Shown here: positions 27,495-40,484 of the stretch, piece after piece
Layout: each line of letters starts with the position of its first letter
Position numbering within the stretch: the stretch's first letter is position 1
DNA from: Eledone cirrhosa
Lineage: Eukaryota
Length of the DNA stretch: 64,000 nt
NCBI GenBank assembly: GCA_964016885.1
Contig: OZ024747.1
Coordinates: forward strand, 61,566,001 to 61,630,000
Reading direction: 5' to 3'
The notes under the pieces: model-generated
What the model saw: only the letters and a program-made list of their open reading frames with translations
Database searches by the model: none
Told to the model about the DNA's origin: nothing
Translations under genes and position numbers: made by a program

Positions 27495-28584
27495 GTGAAA
27501 CCCTTGAAATCCTTAAATATGGACCACAACTGACCAATATAAGAGTGGAATTCTTTGGTATTTGTCTACACCTAACATCAGGAACCTTCCTAGAGTGATA
27601 TGGAAGGTAAATTTATGTAGCAGCAGTAAAAGATAACCTCCCTCCTTCTAGGATTATTATAGACTAGAGTTATTCATGAGTATCTTACAACTTCACAAAA
27701 AACAAAGTAAGTGATATAGAAAACAACACATAGAAATGAGAGTATACCATACCATATGATAGACTTAAATATGTACACTCTAAGCTATACTAGAATATAC
27801 ACTAGGAATCGGATAACAATCTACACAGCAATTTATAAAGCATCTCATATGCCTTACATTTACACAACATTTGAAATGCTATTGTACTGATGGTTGTTAC
27901 ATTTGGTTCTGTGTAGTTGGTTGTGTGTGTGTTTGGTTACACATATGTGGATGATTGAGTGTATGTGTATGTGTGTTTATGGATGAATGTGTGGATGTAC
28001 ATGTGTAAGTGCGTGTGTGTGTTTATGGATGAATGTGTAGATGGATGTGTGTATGTATAGATGGTCGCATGTGTGCGTTTATGGAGGATAAATGTGTGTA
28101 TGGTCGTGTGAATGGTGTATGTCTAGGTATTTATGTAAGTATGTATGTGTATATAGATGGTCGTGTTGATGGTGTATGTATGTATATATATATATATGTA
28201 TGTATGTACATGTGGATGGTGTATATATGTATGTATATATGTATGTATGATCGTGTGAATGGTGTATGTATGTATATATGATCATGTGAATGGTGTATAT
28301 ATATATGTATGTAGGTGTGTGAATGTTGTCTGTCTGTGTGTGTGGTTGGTTGTTCTTTGACTGTTCTTACCCATTCTCTCTTAGTATATTTTTCTGAAGA
28401 AATGGTTTATCAGTAAATATGACATTGATGGTATTTTCTGCAAACTTTGAAGATATTTGTTGATTGGATGTTCTTTAGATTGTTCAAAGTATTATCTAAC
28501 TTTAGTTTCCGATGTTTTTCTTTGATTTGTCTTTTTTCCTTCTTTTTTATTTTTTTTTTTTACTAAAGAACGTTGCAATATAAA

Positions 28585-29283
28585 AACAACCACATACACA
28601 TTCAACCACACACAATCATATACATTCAACCACACACAACCACATACACATTCAACCACACACAATCATATACATTCAACCACACACAACCACATACACA
28701 TTCAACCACACACAATCATATACATTAGCCAGACTATGAACCACACAGAGTTAGAAACAGCTACACAGAACCACATATGTGTAACCAAACACACACAATC
28801 AACATGCTCTTCAACTAGACAACCACACAACAACAACCACACAACCACCACACAACAACAACCATACAACCTACAACCACACAACCACCACACAACAACA
28901 ACAACAACCACACAACCACCACACAACAACAACAACACAACCACACAACCACCACACACAACAACACAACCACCACACAACAACAACAACAACACAACCA
29001 CCACACACAACAACAACACAACCATACAACCTACAACCACACAATCACCACACACAACAACACAACCACCACACAACAACACAACCACCACACACAACAC
29101 AACCACACAACAACACAACCACACACCAACAACACAACCACCACACAACAACAACAACACAACCACCACACAACCTACAAGCACAGCAACAACCATACAG
29201 CCACCACACAACAACCATACAACCTACAACCACACAACCACCACACAACAACAACACAGACAATAACAACGCAACCAACCACA
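28585..29283. repeat. AC-rich low-complexity / minisatellite tract
   Basis: cacacaaccac / acaacaac units. Confidence 0.85.
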
Positions 29284-29400
29284 ACTATATGATATTGTCT
29301 AATATATTTTTGTGGTTTTGTTGTTTAGTTTTGTTTTCTATTTAAATTGGATGTGAAGAAAGAAGGGATGTTATGGATATTAGCATCACAGCCATAAATT

Positions 29401-29846
29401 ACTAGACCTGAAAAATGCGCAAGCTCAAAAGAGCCACAGAATGTTATAATAAATCTTCAAAAGTGTGGGACTAGAGTTGTTGCTCAAAAATATTGTAATC
29501 ATTATCTATCGTACACTCTGTGGCATCCTTTTATAAAAAAGAGACTCATAACGAACTCAAGACGACATGATAATTATTTAAGCCAATGTTCAATATCTCA
29601 TATTAGATGTTTAGTAATGATTAATACGAAATGCACTTAAACCGAATTCTATATTATAAATTCACTTAAATAATAATCGTGTCGTCTTGAGTTCGTTATG
29701 AGTCGCTTTTTTATAAAAGGATGGCACAGAGTGTACAATAGATAATGATTACAATATTTTTGAGCAACAACTCTAGTCCCACACTTTCGAAGGTTTATTA
29801 TAACATTCTGTGGCTCTTTTGAGCTTGCACATTTTTCAGGTCTAGT
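29401..29846. mobile_element. fold-back/MITE element with about 170-bp terminal inverted repeats
   Basis: 29401-29571 is the reverse complement of 29676-29846; ends ACTAGACCTG...CAGGTCTAGT. Confidence 0.8.
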
Positions 29847-30611
29847 TTAATATTTTTTTAAGGCAACACTTGTAACAACTCTAGTTAAACATGATTTATA
29901 TTAATAATAAATTATCATTGTAATGTAATTAGATTATATAATTGTTATTTTATAAATGATCTTATAAATATTATTGTAAGATGTATAAAAATATTTTCAG
30001 ACTTTTAATATAAACAACTACAAAAAACAATCAATATTAAATAAATATATTTTACATAATTGTTATAGTTGAATTAATAAAAATTAAATATTACATACAA
30101 ATAGTCTAACATAATAATAAAAAAATAATCTAACATAATAATAATAAAATAATCTAACATAAAACGAACAATAATATGGACAAATATACAAGTAAATATG
30201 ATAAAACCAATATTATAAGCATGTTATAACGAACTGAAAAAAAATAGTTAATATAAATTTAAAAAATCATATATAAATTAACAATATAAGTTACCAAAAC
30301 GAGAAAAATATTTTGATCATAAACGACGAAATACAGGAGGAAGATTCGAAAGCGAAACGATAAATAAACGTGCAAACAAAGTGGCGGATGCTTTTGAGCA
30401 ACAATTACTCTCATTTGTTGATTAGCCAATAAGACGATGAAATTAGCCAATAAGATGATACATTACAAAAGATGTTTGGCAGGGATCACCACGGACAGCG
30501 AAACCCCTTGATTTTTTTATTCACAAGCTACGCATATATGTCAGACATGCAGACTTAAAACATTCTGTTGTTAGTCACTGCGTGTCTAACAGATTGGAAC
30601 TGGGATATATA

Positions 30612-30862
30612 AATATATAAAGTATTTCCGTAGAAAATGTAAAGGAATGAAGAGTGCTCTATGTATAGTACGGAGCTATTTAATTACATAATAAATAATG
30701 CAATATAATTATTCCATTACCAAAGGTTTCAAAAACCAAGATGATCCTTACAGAAACGTCTGGCCCATCTGATGAATGGGCCAGACGTTTCTGTAAGGAT
30801 TGTCTAGTTTCTTGAAACCTTTGATAATGAAATAATTATATTGTGTTGTTTATTATGTAAAC
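30612..30862. mobile_element. fold-back PLE remnant (HHR family B)
   Basis: The palindrome loop is exactly CTGATGA (30769-30775); arms contain GAAACCTTTG(G/A)TA; the long arm matches 38860-38985. Confidence 0.8.
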
Positions 30863-30911
30863 AATATATATATATATATATACATACACAGAGATATACT
30901 TATATATATAT

Positions 30912-31122
30912 ATCATCATCATCATTTTACGTCCGCTTTTCCCTGCTTGCAAGGGTGGGACGGGAACTGATTCTGGCTTTATTTCTACAGCTGGATGCCC
31001 TTCCTAACACCAACCTCATTTACAGTGAGTGCTGGGTGCTTTTTTGCCGTGGCACCTCCACGACTACTTTTGCAGTGGAATGATAGGGACTCCAGTCCCT
31101 ATCATCTCATTTCTATAGCTGA
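30912..31122 (-). mobile_element. SINE family 4, 5'-truncated
   Basis: ttttacgtccgcttttccctgcttgcaaggg tail. Confidence 0.8.
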
Positions 31123-31140
31123 GTATATATATATATATAT

Positions 31141-31497
31141 ATTAGAAAGTGAGGATTTTTACAAAATGAAAAATAACCGAGGTGTTCTACACGAGTGAAA
31201 GTATAAAGAAAAAAAGATGAAATCGAAAATGCAACTGGGGTCTTATTTAAAAAAAATATATATATATTTATTTGGTTCCTTTACCGGTTTCGCAGTTCTT
31301 CTGCTTTTCAAAAGTAGAGTTGAGATGGAGGGTCTGGTTTTTCTCACAGTGTGATGTGAGAAAAACCAGACCCTCCATCTCAACTCTACTTTTGAAAAGC
31401 AGAAGAACTGCGAAACCAGTAAAGGACCCAAATAAATATATATATTTTTTTTTAAAATAAGACTCCGGTTGCATTTTCGATTTCATCTTTTTTTCTT

Positions 31498-31500
<3 letters not shown>
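31141..31500. mobile_element. fold-back element (HHR family C), copy 1
   Basis: Arms 31203-31348 / 31355-31500 with a 62-bp unpaired extension to the left; flanked by (TA)n; variant hammerheads at 31278-31315 (-) and 31388-31425 (+). Confidence 0.85.
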
Positions 31501-31539
<39 letters not shown>

Positions 31540-31564
31540 CGCAGATTGTATGATTCTTGTATAG

Positions 31565-32070
31565 AAACAGACAAACAGCAATGTTACATAGTAGTGAGAC
31601 CTGGACATTCTGTGCAAAGGATCTGTGCAGATTGGAAAGAAATGAAGCTTGCATGCTCCGATGGCTGTGTATTAGTAATATGCGTGAACGGCAAAGCATA
31701 AATGAACTAAGTGAGAAATTAGGCATAAGAAGAATCAGATGCAATATGTTAGAGAGGAGATTGTGTTGGTATGGTCATGTGATGCATATGGAGGACAACA
31801 GCTGTATAAAAAAGTGCAGGGTGATCAACATTGATGGAAGCTACGGAGTAGGAAGACATAGAAAGTTCGGGGCCGAGGTGAAGAAAGCTGACCTTACACA
31901 CTTGCACCTCTCTAAGACAATGACACAGGATCAAGATCCTTGGCACTATGCAGTAATAGAGAAGACCCCCACCCCTCCCCTTGCACACTCAGTAGGCACC
32001 TCTTAATCCAATATACGCCCCCACACACCCCTACACTTCTCTCATACTTCCGTCCACACCACCCTTACTC
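31565..32070 (+). mobile_element. RTE 3' fragment
   Basis: TAMLHSSETW...RLERNEACMLRW...RRLCWYGHVM. Confidence 0.85.
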
Positions 32071-32371
32071 TGTAAAGTTATGTTAGTACCACAAGAAAGA
32101 GGGCTGGAGACAGAGAGTTAGGAGAGAGTGAGTGGAAGTAAAGAAAGGAGAGAGTGAAGGGAAAGAAAGAGGGTGGATATAGAGGGAGAATAAAGAGAGA
32201 GAAAGACAGATAGGATATAGAGAGAGAATAGATAAAGAGATAGGGTGGATAGAGAGAGAGGGACATATAGGATATAGAGAGGGGGAATACAGCGGGGGGA
32301 TGATAGAGGGAGAGGACAGAGAAAGGAGGAGGACATTAAAATATATTAATTTCTTAATGAAGACAGGTAAA

Positions 32372-32555
32372 TAATTGTTTAGGCACAAGGCCAGCAATTA
32401 CCCCAGTACATTACTGGTACTTTATTTTATCGACCCCGTAAGGATGAAAGGCAAAGTTAACCTCGGCGGGATTTGAACTCAGAATGTAAAGGGCCATAAC
32501 TCTATGCTGTAAAGCATGGTGTCCGTCGCTCTACTGATACTGCCAATTCACCGAT
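32372..32555 (-). mobile_element. SINE family 3
   Basis: Near full-length copy. Confidence 0.8.
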
Positions 32556-32569
32556 GGCAGAACTGTGTT

Positions 32570-33010
32570 GTGTGGTGTGTAGTGTGTGTAGTGTGATATG
32601 TGTAGAATGTGGTGTGTGTGTGGTGTATAGTGTGTAGAATGTGGTGTGTGTGTGGTATGTGTAGAATGTGGTGTGTGTGTAGTGTGTAGAATGTGGTGTG
32701 TGTGTGGTATGTGTAGAATGTGGTGTGTGTGTAGTGTGTGGTGTGGTATGTGTAGAATGTGGTGTGTGTGTGGTGTGTGGTATGTGTAGAATGTGGTGTG
32801 TGTGTAGTGTGTAGAATGTGGTGTGTGTGGTGTATAGTGTATAGAATGTGGTGTGTGTGGTATGTGTAGAATGTGGTGTGTGTGTGGTGTATAGTGTGTA
32901 GAATGTGGTGTGTGTAGTGTGTGTGTGTGGTATGTGTAGAATGTGGTGTGTGTGTAGTGTGTGGTGAGTGGTGTGTAATGTGTAGAATGTGTAGAATGTG
33001 GTGTGTGTGA
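32570..33010. repeat. GT-rich minisatellite
   Basis: Repeated gtgtagaatgtggtgtgtg. Confidence 0.85.
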
Positions 33011-33470
33011 TATGTGTGTGGTAAGAAAGAGGAACAGAGTGTGTGTTTGTGTGTGAAAGCATGTGTGTGTGTGTGCATTTGTGCTAGAGAAAGTGGAAGT
33101 GTGTGTGTGTGTGCAAGAGAGGAGGTGGGAGTGCGTGTGAGTGGTGTGTATGTATGCAAGAGAGGATGAGAGTGTGTGTGTGTGCAATAGAGGAGGAGGG
33201 AGTACGTGTGAGTGGTGTGTATGTATGCAAGAGAGGATGAGAGTGTGTGTGTGTGTGAAAGCATGTGTGTGTATGGGAGAAAAGAGTGAAAGTGAATTAA
33301 GTAGAATAGATTTGATAGATAAGACTGTAAAATGTCTTGTTAACAATAAAAGTGTTGTATTGAAGAGTTTGGCAATATGGAGGAGGGGTGGTGATGGTGG
33401 TGGAGGAGAAGGTATTAATGCCATGATATATATATATATGTGTGTGTGTGTATATGTAATATATATATGC

Positions 33471-33506
<36 letters not shown>

Positions 33507-33683
33507 ATATGTAATATATATATGCATATATATATGTGTGTGTATATGTAATATATATATGCATATATATATATATATATGTATATGTATGTAATATATA
33601 TATGCATGTATATGTAATATATATATGCATGTATATATAATATATATATATATGTATGTAATATATATATGCATGTATATATA

Positions 33684-33717
<34 letters not shown>

Positions 33718-33735
33718 GTAATATATATATGCATG

Positions 33736-33779
<44 letters not shown>

Positions 33780-33824
33780 GTAATATATATATGCATGTAT
33801 ATATAATATATATATATGTATATG

Positions 33825-33867
<43 letters not shown>

Positions 33868-33938
33868 ATATATATATATGCATATATGTATGTATATGTA
33901 ATATATACATACATATATATATATGTAATATATATATA

Positions 33939-34006
<68 letters not shown>

Positions 34007-34035
34007 CATACATATATATACACATACATATATGC

Positions 34036-34078
<43 letters not shown>

Positions 34079-34749
34079 ACACACACATACACACACACAC
34101 ATATATATATATATAAACATATGAAGAAAAGAGCTGTCTGTAGAATGATAAATAGACAAAAGCAGTTTTCATGTAGGAAATTATCAAACTTGAAATTAAT
34201 TGACGATAAACAGGAGAAATATTCAACGAAACTTTCTCCTCGTGGTTTCATTAAAAGCCATAACAATTATGTCTGTAAGAGACCTGAAGAGTAGTTAGAG
34301 GGAGAAAAGCTATTATTCAAATGATTGTGCTAATGTTGTAAAGGGACTCAGGAGAATATCTCTAAACAATTGTCTTAGCTGGAAAATTCCTCTAAGGGTT
34401 CAGTCAAGCGTGTATTAGAGCTGGTTCAAACTGGCTAATAACAACCACTATGGAATTGTTGTGCTATTATTTAGCAATGTGAAAGTGAAGGTGTGTGGTT
34501 TTGTTTGCTAAAGGTGATCAGCTCATGAGCATCAGGTAGTGAGTTTGATTCTCAGATCAACTGATGCACTCTGACCATGAACAAGTAACTTCACATACTG
34601 CTGCTGCTGCTCTCCCCCCCTTTCCTCCTGCTCCTTCTTCTCCCTATTCCTCCTCCTTCTTTCTCTTCTTCTCTCCATCCCCTTCCTCCTGCTCCTCATT
34701 CTCCTCCCTATTCCTCCTTCTTCCTTTTCCTTCCTCTTCGCCCACTTAT

Positions 34750-34950
34750 TCCTGAGAGGGTCGTGGGAGCAAGAGTCCTCAAACACTCTCTCCAGCGGGT
34801 CCTGTCACAAGCAACCGTCTCAAACTGATCTGGTCAGATCCCCAAGCAGGACCAACCAATCTCATGGATGTTATCAAGCCATCTTGCTTGGGGTGGGTCT
34901 ACCCTTGGGTCTCCTGCCTGTTGGTTTTGCCCATAAAATCTGTCCAGCGA
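34750..34950 (-). pseudogene. LINE (RTE-like) C-terminal fragment of a different family
   Basis: Minus strand reads TGRRPKGRP...ETVACDRTRWR. Confidence 0.55.
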
Positions 34951-35367
34951 TTCTTCCCATACAGTAGTAAAAAAAAAAAATGTTGCTTGCCAAAAAAGGC
35001 TGTACCCCACCTCAAACTACACTATAGGGTATACTTTAAGGGAGTTATGTTGGTGATCATGTTATATATTGGAAAGACAGTTTGATGGTGGTATATATAT
35101 ATATATATTTTTTTTTGGGGGGGGGGGGTATTTTGGTGATAGTATTATATATTTGGGACCTTTTTGGTGTATGGCAGGGATGTGCAACAGGAGGTCAATG
35201 GGCCACAATCCGGCCTGCCAGACCAGTCAGAGTGGCCCGCGATGACCGTTTTTAATTTTTACCTTGTAGGCTTATTTAGAATTTTTTTCGTAACCATAAT
35301 ACAACTTTCTGTTAGTTGACCTATACTAAAGGGCTTCACAAGATATCGTCCGCACCCTGTATATGCA

Positions 35368-35666
35368 TATCATCAGTTTTACGTCCGCTTTTCCCTGCTT
35401 GCAGGGGATGGGAACTGATTCTGGCTTGATTTCTACAGCTGGATGCCCTTCCTAACACCAACCTCATTTACAGTGAGTGCTGTGTGCTTTTTTTGCCATG
35501 GCACCTCCACGACCAGTCCCTATCATCTCATTTCTACAGCTGAGTAAACTGGAGCAATGTGAAATAAAGTGTCTTGCTCAAGGAAACAACACATCACCCG
35601 GTCTGAGAATTGAACTCACAACCTTTCGATTGCAAGGCCAATGCTCTACCACTAAGCCATGTGCCT

Positions 35667-35668
<2 letters not shown>
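35368..35668 (-). mobile_element. SINE family 4 with internal deletion
   Basis: Tail and head both match 17380-17768. Confidence 0.8.
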
Positions 35669-35704
<36 letters not shown>

Positions 35705-35706
<2 letters not shown>

Positions 35707-35859
35707 AACGAAGGAAATGTGGTAAGGAACCAGATGGACCATAACGCACCAAAGTACTCAATACTTAGGGTAGTAGAGTGGGTAATAGGAACGAGTAGGA
35801 CCCCGACGGCTGAGCTCAAGCCGTTTCAACGGCTAATTCTGAGTCCAGAACTCGTTCCT

Positions 35860-35862
<3 letters not shown>
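35705..35862 (-). mobile_element. HHR family D element, collapsed fold-back
   Basis: Matches 37950-38087; ends in an inverted ctcgttcctata; flanked by (TA)n. Confidence 0.7.
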
Positions 35863-35908
<46 letters not shown>

Positions 35909-36118
35909 TACACACATGGAGAAGAATGCATATCTCTATACGTGTATAGATATATATACACAGTGTGTCCAACTTACACCAAGTTTGGTTTTACGTAAGA
36001 GTTAATAAAATTAACAGATTCAGAGCCTAACAATATCAAATATGGAAAAAGCAAACAAGTTAAGAAAAAATCTTTACTTACTTATTTTAAAGTCCCCACT
36101 GCAGTTTCATTATATATA

Positions 36119-36176
<58 letters not shown>

Positions 36177-36460
36177 CACGTGGCCTAGTGGTAAGGGTGT
36201 TGGACGTACGATCATAATGTCGTGGGCTCGATTCCTGGGTTGCGTGTTGTGTTCTTGAGCAAAACACTTCATTTCACGTTACTCCAATATACTCAGCTGC
36301 AAATGAGTACCAGCAATAGCTGGAGGTTTAACCCTGCGATGGACTGGCGTCCTGTCCAGGGGGGAAGGGAGTCTTGTACTCTCAGTCGCTTCACGCCATG
36401 AAACCAAGATAAGCACCGGCCAAATGAGCCTTCTGGCTTTAGACAGACTTTAGACCTTTT
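36177..36460 (+). mobile_element. full-length tRNA SINE family 2
   Basis: GTGGCCTAGTGGTAAGG A-box, GGCTCGATTCC B-box, core accctgcgatggactggcgtcctgtccagggg. Confidence 0.85.
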
Positions 36461-36516
36461 TTTTTAGATATATATATGTATGTATAATTATGTAATAAAC
36501 AACACAATACAATTAG

Positions 36517-36587
36517 TCCATTTACCAAAGGTTTCACGAAGACAGGCGACCTCAACAGAGGTGTCCGAAGTCGTTCATCAGAAAGGA
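36517..36587 (-). ncRNA. type I hammerhead motif (family B, long stem II)
   Basis: TCCTTT-CTGATGA-ACGA...ACCTC tgtt GAGGT...TCGT-GAAA-CC ttt GG-TA-AATGGA. Confidence 0.7.
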
Positions 36588-36712
36588 AATCTTAATATGG
36601 ATATAAGATATGAAATTAAAAACAAAAGCTATTACAATTGAAAGCGAAGCTGAAATAAAATTTAAAAAATAATAATAAAATAATAAAATAAAATAAAAGA
36701 ACGGGGGGAAAA

Positions 36713-36747
<35 letters not shown>

Positions 36748-37397
36748 GACACAGGACATAAGATTAGGGGGTAAAAATATATACACATACACACACATAT
36801 ATATATATATAGCTTCGTACTTACATGCACACACACTATTTTTCTCACATATACACATACGTTTCTTTTCAGCTTCATACAGACGTATAATAACACACAC
36901 ACACACACACACCCACATATATGCTTACGCACATATACAAGTATAGCTCTTTTTACAAAACGTTTTTTTTTTTCCATTTCAGGTAGACGCACTCCATCAT
37001 CCACTTTTCTAAAAAAAAACAAATCATACACAAAACGCCAGCACCAACAGTTTTACAAGAGATGTCAACATGAATGGACCTGCTATTTTTATCTAAAGAC
37101 ATTTTTTCCAATTCCAACCTGCCTATCCCCTCAATCTATCTTTTTTCTCATTCTTTCCTCTGATGAAGGACTAGTGTCCAAAACATTAAGACCCTCTTCC
37201 TGCTATATCAAGCTTTCATCAGATAAAATACAAAGTTTGTTTTATAAATTTTGACATAACCAAGAAAAGATACCTTAACGGTTCAAGTTTTTCTTGGATA
37301 TATATATTTGTTGAATTATCAACAAAGTGAATATTCCTTTTGCTTACATATATATATATTATATATATTATATATATTATATATATATTATATATAT

Positions 37398-37430
<33 letters not shown>

Positions 37431-37919
37431 ATACATACATATATATATATATTATATATATATATATATAATATATATATATATATTATATATATTATAT
37501 ATTATATATATATATATACACATAATCATAGATATATATATCTACACACAGATATGCACAAGCATACATAGATACACACATAGGCCCACTTATATAAGTA
37601 TGTAAGTCTTCATGCACACAAATTTGACATTCATATACATAAATAAAGGCAAAAATAAAATTATTTTCCAAGGCTGGGACTTGATAACAAGTATACAACC
37701 GACCAGACAAATATATATATATATATAATTGTTTCTACTTTAGGCACAAGGCCAGAAATTACCCAGTGCATTACTGGTACTTTATTATATATATATATAA
37801 TGAATGAAAAATAAAAATATAAAAACACAAGACTAGGATACAGCCGGTCAGGCACAGGTTAAAAAGTAAAATATAAAAAGCAAAAAGAAATTTAAAAAAT
37901 ACATACATAAAAAATATGC

Positions 37920-37949
<30 letters not shown>

Positions 37950-37952
<3 letters not shown>

Positions 37953-38165
37953 ACGAAGGAAATGTGGTAAGGAAGCAGGTGGACTATAACGCACCAAAGT
38001 ACTCAATACTTAGGGTAGTAGAGTGGGTAATAGGAACAAGTAAGACCCCGACGGCTGAGCTCAAGCCGTTTCGACGGCTAATTCTGGACTAAATATATAT
38101 TTTAGTCCAGAATTAGCCGTCGAAACGGCTTGAACTCAGCCGTCAGGGTCCAACTCGTTCCTATA
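37950..38165. mobile_element. fold-back element (HHR family D)
   Basis: Arms about 38031-38093 / 38101-38164; each carries the 3' half of a hammerhead, GAAA-CGGCT-tga(g/a)ctc-AGCCG-TC. Confidence 0.75.
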
Positions 38166-38669
38166 TATATATATATATACATACATAAAAATAGAAAAAT
38201 GAATATGTGTAAGTGTGTGTATATATATGCATAAGGGATATTCAATTTGTTGGTAATTCAACAAATATAAATGTTTATAACTGATTCAGAGCACTTAACA
38301 AGTTTTCTGGAGTATAATATACAATGATATTAAATGAATGAAAATATTTCAAGGGTACCAAAAATTATATATATATATTATATACCAAATTATTATATAT
38401 AAATATATATATATATTATGTACCAAATATATATATATATTATTATGTACCAAATTATATATATATATATATATATTTGTCTGGTCGGTTGTATACTTGT
38501 TATCAAGTCCCAGCCTTGGAAAATAATTTTTATTTTTGCCTTTATTTATAAGTGTGCCTATGTGTGTATCTATGTATGCTTGCGTATATGTGTGTATATA
38601 TATATATATACACACACACATATGCGCAAGCATACATAGATACACACATAGGCACATATATATATATGT

Positions 38670-38979
38670 ATGTGTGTGTGTATATTTTACCCCCTAACCT
38701 TATGTCCTCCGTCTGTGTGTATATATTCCCCCCTGTTATTTTATTTTATTATTTTATTATTATTTTTTTATTTTTTTTTTATTATTTCAGCCTCGCTTTC
38801 AATTGTAATAGCTTTTGTTTTTAATTTCATATCTTCAGACACCTCTGTTGAGGTCGCCTGTCTTTGTGAAACCTTTGGTAAATGGAATAATTGTATTGTG
38901 TTGTTTATTACATAATTAAATAGCTCTGTACTATACATAGAGCACTCTTCCTTCCTTTACCTTTTCCACGTAAATACTT

Positions 38980-38988
<9 letters not shown>
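38670..38988 (+). mobile_element. family B PLE 3' end, inverted partner of 36485-36800
   Basis: Same sequence in reverse orientation, but the CTGATGA segment is deleted. Confidence 0.75.
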
Positions 38989-39044
<56 letters not shown>

Positions 39045-39140
39045 AATGAAGTAATTCCGTCGGAAAAGTCCAGGAAAAAAGAGTGCTCTATGTAGGTAAC
39101 AGAGCTTAATGGTTATGTAATAAACAACATAAGGCAATTA

Positions 39141-39201
39141 TTTCATTTACCAGTGGTTTCTTAAAAGCAAAGAAATGTTGCTTTCAATCATCAGAATGAA
39201 A
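39141..39201 (-). ncRNA. canonical type I hammerhead ribozyme (family B, divergent subfamily)
   Basis: TTTCATT-CTGATGA-TTGAAAGCAA catttct TTGCTTTTAA-GAAA-CC act GG-TA-AATGAAA; all three stems pair and the cleavage triplet is GUA. Confidence 0.85.
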
Positions 39202-39477
39202 AAATCCTGACATATCTCCATCAATATATACATATATTGATGGAGATATGTCAGTTGTGACAAGATATGAGATGTCAAATTTTAAAAAAAAGAAATATTT
39301 AAAAATATATTTTATAAAAATGAAAAAAAAATCCAAATAATTGAAATATAAATTTATGCAACAGCAATAAAATATCAAACTAATTATCTGTGGTTTGGGA
39401 TTGTTTCATCCTGAATGACTTAGAGCACTTAGAGCACATACACATATATGCCCCCTCCCCCACTCACACACATATAG

Positions 39478-39510
<33 letters not shown>

Positions 39511-39649
39511 CAGGAACTGTATGAGCAAGACAAAGTCAGCCGACCGGGCACTGCCCACAACAGGACAACCTGTCTAACCCATGCTCGCGTGGAAGAATGG
39601 ACGTAAAACGGTGAAGATGATTATATATATATATATATCAATGCATGTG

Positions 39650-39700
<51 letters not shown>

Positions 39701-39911
39701 CCACATGTACAAATGGTTAGTTATGATACATAGATACATGTTCTTCAGAATATATAGTGTTGCCTACATCTCTAAGATAATTACTAATGATTGACATATT
39801 GAAATGTTTCCAATTGAAATCTCTCAGGATCTACAGAGACTTGCATTTTCAGTTTTTAAATTTGATTTTATATATATATATGTTTGTATATATATATATG
39901 TTTGTAATATC

Positions 39912-40257
39912 ATCATTCATCACCATCATTTCATTTTATGTCCGCTTTTTCCCTGCTTGCAAGGGTGGGACGGGAACTGATTCTGGCTTGATTTCTACAG
40001 CTGGATGCCCTTCCTAACACCAACCTCATTTACAGTGAGTGCTGGGTGCTTTTTTTGCTGTGGCACCTCCACGACCACTTGCAGTGGAATGATAGGGACC
40101 CCAGTCCCTATCATCTCATTTCTACAGCTGAGTAAACTGGAGCAATGTGAAATAAAGTGTCTTGCTCAAGGAAACAACACATCACCCGGTCTGAGAATTG
40201 AATTCACAACATTTTGATTGCAAAGCCAATGCTCTAACCACTAAGCCATGTGCCTCC
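39912..40257 (-). mobile_element. full-length SINE family 4
   Basis: Reverse complement of 17380-17768, with one internal unit fewer. Confidence 0.9.
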
Positions 40258-40309
40258 TTCAGCTCGAGTTTACATACCTTTCACTTATATTTAAAAATTT
40301 ACACACACC

Positions 40310-40356
<47 letters not shown>

Positions 40357-40429
40357 AAGTATTGTTGGACGAGAAATAAAATTCTAATTTTATTTATATG
40401 TATATGTATTTATACACACACACACACAC

Positions 40430-40471
<42 letters not shown>

Positions 40472-40484
40472 AAATTTCTAAATA

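Noticed and set aside
34116-34294. Possible host exons (also 10064-10258 and 41390-41460)
   Set aside because: Short, with no recognisable homology and no consistent splice-frame chain.
37152-37195. Hammerhead CTGATGA-A-GGAC tagt GTCC-AAAAC
   Set aside because: G12 is missing and stems I and III are unconvincing; at best a dead remnant. The nearby 37213-37232 is only half of a family A motif.
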